Positions 35,533-46,954 of a stretch of DNA of 64,000 nucleotides are shown here, piece after piece. The position numbers and the translations under genes are program-made. Location: positions 1 through 64,000 of the forward strand of contig JAUGWO010000041.1 in assembly GCA_049724395.1 (NCBI GenBank), given 5' to 3'. The stretch is from Spongospora subterranea f. sp. subterranea. Lineage: Eukaryota. The notes under the pieces are model-generated. The model was not told where the DNA came from, searched no databases, and saw only the letters and a program-made list of their open reading frames with translations. Positions within the stretch are counted from its first letter, which is position 1; each line of letters begins with the position of its first letter.

Positions 35533-37907
35533 ATGACATCGTCCTTGTGTGTCATCATCCTGTGCCTGGACTTGTGGCGTTACCGCATCAGGCACTGTAC
35601 ACGGGTCTCGTAACGATAAGCTCCTCAGCCATTCCGTTACACCACTTACTCGACCCGCCCAACTCTCGCTCTCTCGGGACCCTGGGACAGGGTGACTTTG
35701 GCCCCACCCAGTGTCGTCGTGCCCCGAACTGCATGCCCCTTGGGCACATGTCCTGTGTGTGACTTGGAATATATAACAGCTGGGTGACGATATTTCGCTC
35801 TGGCCAGATGGTATCTGGGAAGGAGCCGCCCTCCAACCTGGAGTTGCTAATGGGGTCGGTGGGATCCAAGATCAAAGAGAGATTGCGGCAGGATATGTTG
35901 AACTGTGGCGAATGGGATCCTCGGGGATCGTCGGGCTGGAAACTGAAGCTCACCGTCGTCAATGCGCTTCGCGCCTTTTTCATCGACAGCGTCAAATTCG
36001 GTTCAGATCAAGCAGAGGATCGTGAAGAACACCAGCCACCAGTATGCGAGGTGTCCCCCGATCCATTCCCCGAAGCGGCTCCCGAACATAGTGAACCGGA
36101 ATGCGACGAAACCAATTCCCGAATGGAGGAGAATTTGGCGCCGTCGCCGGCCCGAATCCCGACCTGTGACGATAACGTCGTCGTTCAAGTAGTCTTAATT
36201 GCAGACGGTTTGTGATTCCCAGTTTAATCCCGCCCATTTTCGGTATCTCAGACCTTCATGAAGGTTTTGCTGGTTTAGGCCTGAAGACCTTCACCTGCTC
36301 CGAGCGGGCCATCAACGTAGGGAATACGGCACACTCCTCGACTCTCGACGTTGTTCACATTTCTTGTTTGGCGATAGTGTCTCCCGAATCGATTGCAGAA
36401 TATATTCGAACGGTGTTGCTGCTGCCGGCGGCACCCTTCGTATGCTCGGCGCACCTCAACGTCTACGACAACCTTCTTCAGCTCTATTGCCAATGGTGAA
36501 ATCCCCTTCTTATTCCACCGTCAATCTCCTCTAATTCATCTCGTAGGTCCGACGCTCTTCCAGTATCGTCTTTAGAAGCTCTAGCTGACAACCGCCGCCT
36601 TTTGAAGATCAAAATTATCGGACTGGATTTGAACTCATCTAACACCGAGCTTTTGGAAAAGAATTCAAAACGTATAGTGCTATCCCTTTGTTTTATTCGT
36701 ATTCACTGTTTTTTTTAGCTTCGCATTTTTCATTCAAAATCGCAAATGACACTCAGCACAATCGTCGTCAATCTTGTATTGCATCGATACAAACCGAAGG
36801 TGAATCTTCTTTCGTCATCGCGTCCGATTGCCTATGCCCATAGTTTTCTAGGCGACGGACAAGAAAGCGGGAGCTGGTGAGGTTGAGTCTGGTTTGACAC
36901 CAGCCATGAATCGGTCTACGTGCCGACCTCGTGCGCATAGTCTGCCGTCATCCATTGCCGCCCCTGTTTCGATGAACAACAGTGTCGACCCGTTGAACTC
37001 GGTTCGACGGACTCAGAAAGCGAACGGATCGGATGACATTGCTCCAAGCGTTGCTACGCCTTTTTCGATGAGGTTTGGGGAATCGCCCTTGTTCAATAGT
37101 CAATCGGTTAACCGACTTGACAACGCAAGTTCGAACGTCGGTACTTCAACCACCGTTACTCCTATTCCAACGAGGAATTTTGAATCGCCAATGTTGAATA
37201 TCAAATCGGTTAATCGACGTGAAAAATCGAAGTCAAATGGCGTTACTTCCAGCACCATTACTCCTATTCCAACGAAAGCGTTCGACTTGCCAATGCTGAA
37301 TATCGAACCGGTCAATCGACCAGAGGCGGCGCGTCCCTCAATCGCAAATGCCTCAACCATCGCTGCGCCTGTTCCGATCAGAAAGTATCACCTGTTGAGC
37401 GGCAAACAGCCGAAGCCGCCGGTTGAGCAATACCGGTCCCGTCTAAAGCGAAATACGCCCGAATCTGATATAAATCACGAGAACCGATTCGCGTCAGCGG
37501 GCGAGGCTAACACCGATTCATGTGATGGTGATCTACCTGAAAGGATCCGTTTCCCCTCGTTCCAGTTATTGTTGAAGACGGCGCGTGCGTTCGAGGAGGC
37601 GCTTCTCACACGGAATATGTATCTGCCGTTGAATCTGGCTGAAATCGCTGCCCAGGTTGGCGCAGAGAACCCTATTTTCTCTAGGTCTGCCGACATCCTC
37701 ACCGAATACCTGAACATTCTTCACGCCAGTCGGTATGCGAAATCCATCGGCGCCGGAACTGGCATCGAACTATCAGCGTTGGGTCCTCGCAAATTTACGT
37801 GGAAGGTAAACTGTCGCCAGCGCAAACGTTGGTTTTCAAATCCTGATTTTTCGGATCTAGACGGCGGCGTCGTGCCTGTTCAACCCAGCTCCCGAACGAA
37901 AACTTGA
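35533..37907 (+). CDS. Hypothetical multi-exon protein with Ser/Pro/Thr-rich internal repeats; 5' structure uncertain
   Basis: Successive + ORFs 35784..36215, 36212..36499 and 36894..37907 are separated by GT-AG intron-like segments; no family recognised. Confidence 0.55.
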
Positions 37908-38048
37908 AACTCGGCAGATGGTCCGAATGTATGCCGAGCAATACAGGAAGTGGCTCGCGTCGGCAAAGATGCCTGTTTGTTTACAGGTCCATCGGTTCGA
38001 AAAATCCAATGAGCTAATGTGAGGCACGGTTAATAATATACTTGACAT

Positions 38049-39603
38049 TTATGGAAATCCAGTCGTTTTGTCGCTTTCTTTACTGGTCTCCATCGTCGGG
38101 TCTAGTCTGGGGGAGGTCGCATCCATCGGTTTGTCGAATTCGTCGTCGAATTCGTCGTCGAATCCCGTGTATATATCGTTGGCGAACGATTCCCTCAGAC
38201 TTCGCAGTCGGGTAAACAGAGTGTTCAGGAACTTCTCCCGATTGGCGTGATCCAGATTCGCCACGCCATCGCCCCCATCTGGTCAAAATGTCATCAGATA
38301 TCAGACGCCATCCCATCTTGGCCCGAATTACCTTGGCGAATGCGCTCGCGGATCCGCTCAACCTCGCTCCAGATGAACGTGATTGATTCGTCCTGGAGAC
38401 TCAGGAACCGGCTCAGACTGTTTTTGGCGCTGTGATATTGCCCAAGCAGAACGGCGTTCTCGGCCTTCGCTGTTTGCATCGCGAATTCCGCGTTCTGGAT
38501 TTGCGTCTTTCCAGTTGATGAATGACCTGGTTCTCGACAAACATGTTTCGGGCACTGTTCTTGGCGCTAGCTTTTTGAGACGACTCGAGTTCGAAGATCA
38601 ATTTATCATTTGACTTGGATTTCGCGTTCAACTTCTTGATCAGCTTCTGAAAGAAATTTGTTCGTTTCGCCAGAATCGTTTCTGTTTCTTTGGAGAGTTC
38701 CAACTCCCTTTTCAGCACCTGTTTTTCTTTGTTCAGCTTGGCGTTTTTCGCCAGTAATCGCTCGGTTTCTTTACTCTGGTATTGCAACTCGATCGTCATC
38801 TGCTCGTTTTCCATGATCGCTCGTTTCGTGGTCGTGTGCAGCTGATCTGTAAACAAACGTCCAATGAATCACAAGGCAAGTTCAGGCCCCGGCGGGCAGG
38901 TGGTTGCAGTTCGACCTTCCGTCATCGCCAACAGACTCAGCTTGGTCTCCTTGATTTTTCTGAGCATCTCCTTCTTCAATCGCTCTTTCTCCGACACGTT
39001 ATGTCTTTCCAGGTCGTTTAGTTTTCTGGTCATCTCTTTCTGCTCCTGTTCCGTTGCGTTTTTCAAAACCGATAACTCCATTTCCAGCTGCCTCTTCTGT
39101 TCCCTAAACCCAGCACGTTAGCCAACGTGTTGTTTGCTATCAGATCGCTCGTACCGAAATTCACTGAGGCTCTTGCTCTCCCTGGTCAACTTCTCAAGAT
39201 GTTCTTGCAGCTCTTTTTTCACGTACGAGTTCTGTGATTCCATTCGTTTGATCTCTTCGTCAGCTTTCTCTTTGATTTCCCGCATGGAAACCTCCAGCTT
39301 CTGATTGTTCTGGGTCAAAACCGCGATAATCTTGTCTTTTTGCTCGTTTTCGTTCCGATAAAACCAGATCAGGTCGGTCTGAACCGATCGACATTGAATA
39401 GAAACAAAAATGAAAGATCCGAGGAGAGAGTAAATTACCTGTTTGGTTTGGGATTGCTCGGCTTCGGCTTGAATTTCCCCGATCTTATTCTTTAGCTGAT
39501 GGTTCTCGGCGCCAGCTGCCGCCATTTTATCGGCCACAAATTTTTCGCGAAACATTGAATCCATAAGTTGCACCTCAGCCGATTTCATGGTCGCTTCCCC
39601 CAT
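38049..39603 (-). CDS. CFAP157: Cilia/flagella-associated coiled-coil protein, CFAP157-like
   Basis: EKERLKKEMLRKIKETK, QLHTTTKRAIMENEQMTIELQYQSKETERLL, LKRELELSKETETILAKRT; multi-exon, with a probable 1-nt deletion near 38510. Confidence 0.72.
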
Positions 39604-41169
39604 TGCACCAATTTTTTTCTCAGGATGAGCCGATCGATTCCAGTACGGTGAGAGATAGGTATCGAATGGCGAATGCCTTTCTGGATAGGGCGAAACTGGA
39701 CAACGGTTCCGGCAGTTACCGGTAGATGAAAGATTGGTTATTTACAATATTCAATCGAAATCAATATCTGAACCATAGAATGGTAATCTGTCTTCCGCTC
39801 GCCAATGCCAATCATCTAGGGAGCCATTTCTAAACGTAACCGCTCGACCTGAGTCAAAATCTGTTTTCTGAACTCGCTCAAGGCCAGTTCCCTTGTACAA
39901 CTACGCAAGTGCTGTCGTTTGACGTGATAGCATTGCTCAGTACTTGAATGAACAACCGAATAATTGTCAAGAGAATGTATTGGTGAGACCACAAACGACT
40001 CTTATAGGCTGTCGGTGGAAAGGCTCTTCCGCTGAGTGCAGCTACTGGTCGCGAGTCTTTCCATCACCAATAAAACATGTTATTCGATCTTCATACAAAA
40101 TATTCGCCGCGTAAACCGAGCTGCATCTCGATCGTCTTGGTTGCCGTCATGGTCCTCGATTGCCTCCCCAACAGCAGAAATCATTCCCGGCCACCTCGTC
40201 GCTGAGGTCAATCAGCAAACTATGCAGAACAAAGCAAGCTTCCACCACGCGTGCCATTTGACCTGTGGCGTTGCGCCCAGAAGCAATCTCGGCTTTTTGC
40301 TTTGAAGGAAGTTTGAGTATGCGGAACCTATTTTTGAGAAAGAATGCCAATGGTTCGCGTGACACTAATCCGAGTTCGGGAATGCAGATAATTGAAAGGC
40401 GACCGAGTAGAAGTCATCGCCTCTTCAATCGGGATGATGACGTTTTGGGTAGAGCGTAACCCGCATCGCCAGCAATCGAAGTCAGGTTATCATGGAGAAT
40501 GCGAGCCAAATCTGAATAATTGAAAATGGACTTGCAATTCGCGACCCGCGACGTAAGTCGTATGGTCGAATTCGTGCCTTGGGATCAACGACCCACTGCC
40601 CGTTGATGGCACGATGTCCTTTTCGGCAATACTAGCCCAAACAATCAGAGAGACGTTCAATTTCGAATATAGTTCCACCAATGACCAACAGCGATTTGGA
40701 AACCCGTTGCAAATTGCCTCAAATCCTTCCACAAAACGCTCCACTCTGGTGGTTCGTGCCAAGCGGCATTCGACTAGCAACAACGACTAGGCAATCCACC
40801 CGTCTATGCCTGGATTTCCTTCACATACCGGATTGCGGAAGCTTTGCCCATGCCGGTGCCGCTTCTTGCAAGGAGCCAGGATGGATGAGTGAAATAATAT
40901 AGCGAGACAATTAGGCGATCCCGAATAAAAAAGCCTGCGGCACGAACTCGATCTGCTGACATTACCTGCCGTCGGTGGGACATTGTTGGCAATGCGGGTT
41001 CTGGTGGATTGTTTCACAGGACGACACGCCTTCTCCTGCACAAAATCGCATCACAAGGCGCTACGACTTGTTGCAACAGAACGAGACACATGATGAGACG
41101 CATTCCCTCGAGGCAATAGTAGTAAGAACTCAGATAATAGCAGAATGAGAATTGCATTACAGTACCTCC

Positions 41170-41400
41170 TTGCTTCATCGGTTGAATCAGTCGTCACGAG
41201 CAAAACCAGCCGTCATCAGACGCACTGCTCAAATCAGCTGCAGCTGTCGCACAGAAAACGGTTGGAACGTGGACGTCCGTTGTTACGGCCATCACGTGCA
41301 AGTTCGTCGTCAATGATAGCAACGACAGTCCCGATAATAGTCAGGATGGCGTCTATCGTTGTTGCAACATTGGAGCTGCGGCTACGACTTGTTTTTGAGT
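41170..41400 (-). mobile_element. Possible PIF/Harbinger nuclease N-terminal remnant
   Basis: IDAILTIIGTVVAIIDDELARDGRNNGRPRSNRF followed by DDGWF..R in another frame; weak motif resemblance only. Confidence 0.25.
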
Positions 41401-41687
41401 CATGAAAAGAACATCTGTTAGAAGAGGTCCTTTCACCTCTTGAAAAGAGGTTCCTAATGAAGGTTAACGACGGAGAGTGTTGGGACCGTCATGACTGATA
41501 TGAAGTGTTCGCCATATTGTTACAACCTATTTTGCGGTTCTAAACAGCGACAAAATCATTGATTGGTGTTGAAATTGTATTGATTCTGATGCGAAGAGAT
41601 GGTGTATGGGTAACCAAGGGCCACATGCTATTGACTTAAACCCATTGAGACGTTCACAAACGTCGGTCCATGATATATGATTCAAAC

Positions 41688-42066
41688 GAATTAGTTCCTA
41701 TATTTCATATCTACCACGAATACGGATTCCATGGCGATTGATCGATATTATTTCTTGTTTTCGTGCTCCAATGTTTCGTGTTCCCTTTTTCGTGCACTCT
41801 TTCGTGCTCTGTACTCTTTCGTGTTCCCTTGGTTCGACCTTGCTTTACCTCATCTTTAGCTTCGGTCGGAGGGGGGAATTAGTTCCTATATTTCATATCT
41901 ACCACGAGTACGGAATCCATGGCGATTGATCGATATCGTACTGGTCTCATGCCTTCTCGGTTCTCTCACCTCTAATAGAATCATTCTTGTTTTCGTGCTC
42001 CTGTGTTCCGTGTCCCCTTTTTCGTGTACTCTTTCGTGTTCTGTACTCTTTCGTGTTCCCTTGGTT
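41688..42066 (+). repeat. Two-copy direct tandem duplication with pyrimidine-rich TTTCGTG/TACTC sub-repeats
   Basis: GAATTAGTTCCTATATTTCATATCTACCACGA...CATGGCGATTGATCGATAT at about 41688 and 41876; TTCTTGTTTTCGTGCTCC...CGTGTTCCCTTGGTT at about 41752 and 41984. Confidence 0.9.
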
Positions 42067-43499
42067 TGTGTGCTTTATTTAACAAGGAAATCAACACTTT
42101 TGAGTTTCCAAATTCCAGAATATGTAGCCCCGAGGTAAAACTTGGTTTCAGGTCGAAGGATGTACTGGCGATATTCGAATGTGCCTCGATCTGCGTTGTT
42201 TTTCCACCTGATTAATACATTCAAAATCTTGTCCAGTAATAAAAAGACCCAGAATGCGCCCATTCTGTCTGTCGCTCGCTTGGAGTCGGTTACATCACGA
42301 TTCCACACATATTCGACTTTTCCTTTCGAGGAACTCCCCACCTGTAGACCCGCATAACCAATGATATCGTCAGATTATGGCGAAACCATACGACATATTG
42401 TTATCATTTCGGCAATGAAGCATTGTTTTATGAACGAGATCAAGTTGGAAGATGTCGCGATATGTTTGACTAATGTTTCATTTTTCGATGAGACCCAACA
42501 CTCTGTGACTACCTGCACGGCATGGCCTACTTGGACTGAGTCAAGCTCTTCTAAACAACAGAGTGACGTGTAGACGGCGATAATGTTACGCATGCGACAC
42601 ATCACGGATTTCTATTTCACGATGAAACGATCGACATTGTAATCATTCTGCTAATACATGAACAGAGTAAGCATCGCTTTGCAGGTTCAAAGTTGGGCGC
42701 TGATTTCACCTGATCCACGTGCAGGAACAGGAATGGTGAAGAGATGCCCCAATAGCGCCAACCCGTTTGGTTGTGATAGGCAGGAACCGGCAAGAATGCG
42801 GGCACCGTCCACGTATTGCAATCAAATTACAGGAGCTGTTGCCGAATGCGTTGATACAACTTGAGGATCTACAGCATTTTAAGGCACAGGGTTATGGTTT
42901 ACAGCATCTCTACGTTGTCAAGTCTGATCATAACTCGGCAAGTACCACAGCGCCTTAAGATGCTGGGTAGCTCATCTAGATGCACTAACATATTCGGCAT
43001 TGGTTCCTGTACAATTGATTGCAACCGCGTGCTGCGGCCCCGGTCCTGCCAGATGTGCAATTTCTGATGTTGTTCATCAGTGGTTGAGCGTTTTGCTGCC
43101 CAGTCCCAAATTTTGCGTTTGAATTGCACCCACCTCCCAAATACGAACCATGATTGCCTTTAATAATGTGTTTCCTGCTTCCATTCTACATTTTTTCAGT
43201 CTAATCGGTACTTAACTTCTTTAGACGGCTCCAAACCCTCTAAAAGCTTTCTGTAAACGCACATTCAAAGAAAGAGCTAGAAACACGCTGTCAACGCGTA
43301 GTGATAAAGTCGGGACCAGGATTTAGCCGACTCGGAACTGAGTAAATGAAAATTCAATAAACTTAATGAAAAGTTTCTCTACGCCCGCAACTCCGCGCCA
43401 CTTGACATGAATTTTTCGTCTTTCGCCCAGGTAGACAGGTAGACAATAAGGTTCATCATCTCTCCCCGCCTGAACAATTTTGAATCTCAGCAGTACATT

Positions 43500-43697
43500 A
43501 TGGTTAATCGCATTGATTGCGGCACTGAAGTTATCGAGTTTTTGCAGCAGCGGCTAGATGCCGGTGAATCCAGCGACGAAATAGTTCGACTGCTTCGCGA
43601 ACATGCTCAGATTGATTCCAGGGTTTCAACCGTGCAGAGATGGATCAAGCGACACTACTCCGACAGCGCTGCAGCGTTCCAATGTATGGTTGGCTGA
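43500..43697 (+). other. Short helix-turn-helix-like ORF or exon (transposase HTH or Clr5-like)
   Basis: GESSDEIVRLLREHAQIDSRVSTVQRWIKRH pattern; no clear continuation. Confidence 0.35.
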
Positions 43698-44750
43698 CGT
43701 CTAACTCATGTTTCGTCGTGGCCAGACACACGAGTAAGTTTTGCACTACCGAAATCATATCACTGTCGTTACAGTATATTGTTCAGGTATTTTCGAGATA
43801 ATCGATTGGGAAGGTTTGCGATAATGAATGTTGGATGACGCTGGTCGATTGTAGGAAACTGTGCGAAATTTATTTTGAAATGGCGCTGAGTTGTGGATCT
43901 CGAATTCCCTAATTTCAAAAAAAAAAAATTCAGACGATTTGTAGACTCGAATCTGATATAATACAAAACCTTAAAAACGTTGCTTTCGGTCTGAGATTGC
44001 TGAGGCATTTTGAACCTAGCTGCTGATATTGACGATTCGGAGGGCACGTGGTGTTCTTATCATCCAATTATTTACTCGCAAAGCTGAGAGTGCTATAACG
44101 ACAAAAGGTTTCCAAACTCAAATATTTTCGATTTCTCAGGATGCTCGAGGGTGTTCAAATAAATCGTTGATTCAGTCTCACGTTAAATTTGTAGATGGGA
44201 GCTGCCCTTTGTTGTTCGCGTATCCAAACAAAGGAATGTTGCCGCTTTCAACAACAACTTTGTTTCGATGAGGCCCTCTTGCTCATGCAGCCACTGACCC
44301 CTATCACTTCCTGGTTAATTTAAACCTGGTCGTGTTTGAATTCACTCTCGTGATCACTGTTTCATTGCCGATAGATGTGATTACCATGTACAGTATCTCA
44401 GTATACGGTGATTCGCAGAGGCACACATTTGAAAAAAAAAACATCAGTTACCAGCAGCTCGATGACCAAATTGCACTCCTTTGATGAATTTCTATCAAAA
44501 TTTTTAATCTAACCGAATCAAGCAATCTCTTGTCACAAGAGCTTGCATGATATTCAAACAAACTCAATTAACGTATTAGAGGGTGCTTCAAGTAGTCAAT
44601 CCTTGACCATTGTTGCATCTGCTGTTGATACATCCTCCTGGAGTTCAAGAGTCTTCGACAAAAGCAATCGATCTGTAATAATGCTGGTGTGAATGGATTC
44701 CGCCAATCACATTGCACGAATCTAAATTTTTTCAACTCCATAGCACACTT

Positions 44751-45455
44751 TTGGCGAGGAAACCTTCGTCGATGGATAACGACATCAGTGATGATGAGAT
44801 TGTGGCGATGTTGGCAGTAGATGACACTCGTCCAAGTATCACTTCTGCACATTACGTGGCATGTCCTTCTGGTAGTGCTGCGCCTCTACACACACCAAAA
44901 AAGCGCCGCGGTAGACCATCACTCCAGCCAAATTGTAGGAATTCATGACGCCAACTGGACATCGGAAATTATAGAAGTCCTCCTTGAACAAAGGACGACG
45001 TTGACGCGCTTATTTGCTGACGCACGCAACAAGAACTCGGTCCAGTTGGGTTGGTCGCGGCTGATGTTGTCTGTCAACAACAGATGCCAATCAAATTTTC
45101 ACCCTAGCAAATAAAAGACGAGCATTCCAATCTTAATACTATGTATTGCAAAAAGAAACTGGCAATAAGAAAAGACGCCAGTCATCTGTGCGTCAGCAAA
45201 CAAGCGCGTTAACGGCGTCTTTTGTTCAAGGAGGACTTCTGTCATTTACGATGCCCAGTTGGCTTCATGGTCCCCTACATTTGGTTGGAGTGATGGCCTA
45301 CCGCGGCGCTTTGTTCGTGTGTGCAGAGGCACAGCAATACCAGAAGGACAAGGCACGTAAGGTGCAGAAGGAATACTTGGACGAGTGTCATCTACTACCA
45401 ACATCGCCACAGCATCATCATCACTGAAGTCGTGATCCAAAAGTTTCCTCACCAA
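44751..45455. repeat. Long inverted repeat 4: arms about 44751-44969 and 45244-45455, spacer about 274 nt
   Basis: Mirrored peptides SDDEIVAMLAVDDTRPSITSAHYVACPSG (+) and SDDDAVAMLVVDDTRPSIPSAPYVPCPSG (-); arms more diverged than in repeats 2 and 3. Confidence 0.93.
44772..45140 (+). mobile_element. Decayed Myb/SANT-like (trihelix) DNA-binding ORF with AT-hook, Harbinger-ORF1-like
   Basis: KKRRGRP AT-hook, then after a frameshift NWTSEIIEVLLE...LFADARNKNSVQLGWSRLMLSVNNR. Confidence 0.5.
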
Positions 45456-45612
45456 GATTACGCATTTTCAAAGAAGCGATATGTACAAGGTAACTGATGG
45501 CTGTCGTGATTATCATTATGGTTACGAGAATCTCCGATATCATGATCCGTTCGGCCTCAAATGCTATTTTACAGTTCCGGATTCTCCGAACATTCTTCCA
45601 TTCTGAAAATCG

Positions 45613-46954
45613 ATGTTTTTGGAATGGGTGATCGTGTTGCTGCTTGCAGCAGCACATTTATTTAGTCCTGCAGAGTGTTCCGAAGCTGTCACCTCTATAG
45701 GTGGTCCAACAGCTTCGGGAACAGCTCCTGTACAGATAGCTGCGACCCCTGTGGCGGTTTCCTCTGTACCTGCACCAGTTCCCGCTGTCCCTGCACCCGT
45801 TCCTCATGTACCAGTTCCCCCTGTAGCTCCAGCAGATCCTCGTGTCGCTGCACCCGTTCCACCCGTTGCTGCACCTGTTCCACCAGTAGCTGCCCCCGTT
45901 CCTCCTGTAGTTCCACCAGTTCCTCCTCAACCCCCATTTATCCCAATATCGAGGTTTGCGCTGTTTTCCCAACGGTTCAGCAATTTTGGTCCTTTTGCAC
46001 CAATTTTAGACTGTGATGGAGTCCCTCTTGCTCCACTTACTGCCGACTTCCTACCACATCCTCGGCTAATTCCCGAACTACCTCCACCTCCTCCTCCTCC
46101 TCCAGTGCCCGTTCCAGTTCCTCTTGCGGCGGCCGTCATTCCTCCCCTGCCTCCAATCCCCCCAATTCCTCCCATCCCGCCTATCGTTCCAATCATTCCT
46201 CCTCTTCCTCCAATTCCAATCATTCCTCCTCTCCTCCAATTCCCCCATTCCTCCTATCCCCCCTATTGTTCCAATCATTCCTCCTCTTCCTCCAATTCCC
46301 CCTATTCCTCCTATCCCCCCTATTGTTCCAATCATTCCTCCTCTTCCTCCAATTCCCCCTATTCCTCCTATCCCGCCTATCGTTCCAATCATTCCTCCTC
46401 TTCCTCCAATCCCCCCTATTCCCCCCATCGCACCTGTAGTTCCAATCATTCCTCCTCCGCCTCCAATTCCCCCTATCCCTCCCATCCCGCCTGTCGTGCC
46501 ACTTATTCCCCCTCCGCCTCCAATTCCCCCTATTCCTCCCATCCCGCCGCCAGTACCACTTGTGCCTCCTCCGCCTCCAATTCCTGCCGTTGCTCCCATC
46601 CCGCTGGCCGTGCCAATTAGGCCTCCCCCGCCTCCGATTCGTCCTGTTGCTCCCATCCCCCGTGTCGTGCCAGCTAGACCTCCTCCGCCTCCAATTCCTC
46701 CCCCAATCAGGCCCCCTCCTCCTCCAATCCCTTCTGTTGTTGCCATCCTCCCTGTTGTGCCAATCAGTCCTCCTCTGCACGTCCCTATTCCTCCAATCCC
46801 TCCTGTCGCCCCCAGGCCTCCTGTACCTCCAGTTCCCCCAGTCGCTGCTCCAGTCACTCCAGTTGCTGCTGCAGTTCCCCCGGTCGCTGCTCCAGTTACT
46901 CCAGTTGCTGCTCCAGTTTCCCCAGTACAATGCCGCCAATGCGGGACATCGTAA
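45613..46954 (+). CDS. Secreted proline-rich (Pro/Ile/Val) repeat protein, about 447 aa after frameshift correction
   Basis: Signal peptide MFLEWVIVLLLAAAHLFSPAEC; PVAAPVP repeats and a 57-bp unit encoding PIVPIIPPLPPIPPIPPIP. Two missing Ts at about 46232 and 46247 relative to the unit explain the switch to ORF 46124..46954. Confidence 0.8.

Noticed and set aside
40000..41100. Possible hAT transposase remnant (WSN, C..H and RW-like patches)
   Set aside because: Only weak partial motifs across broken frames.
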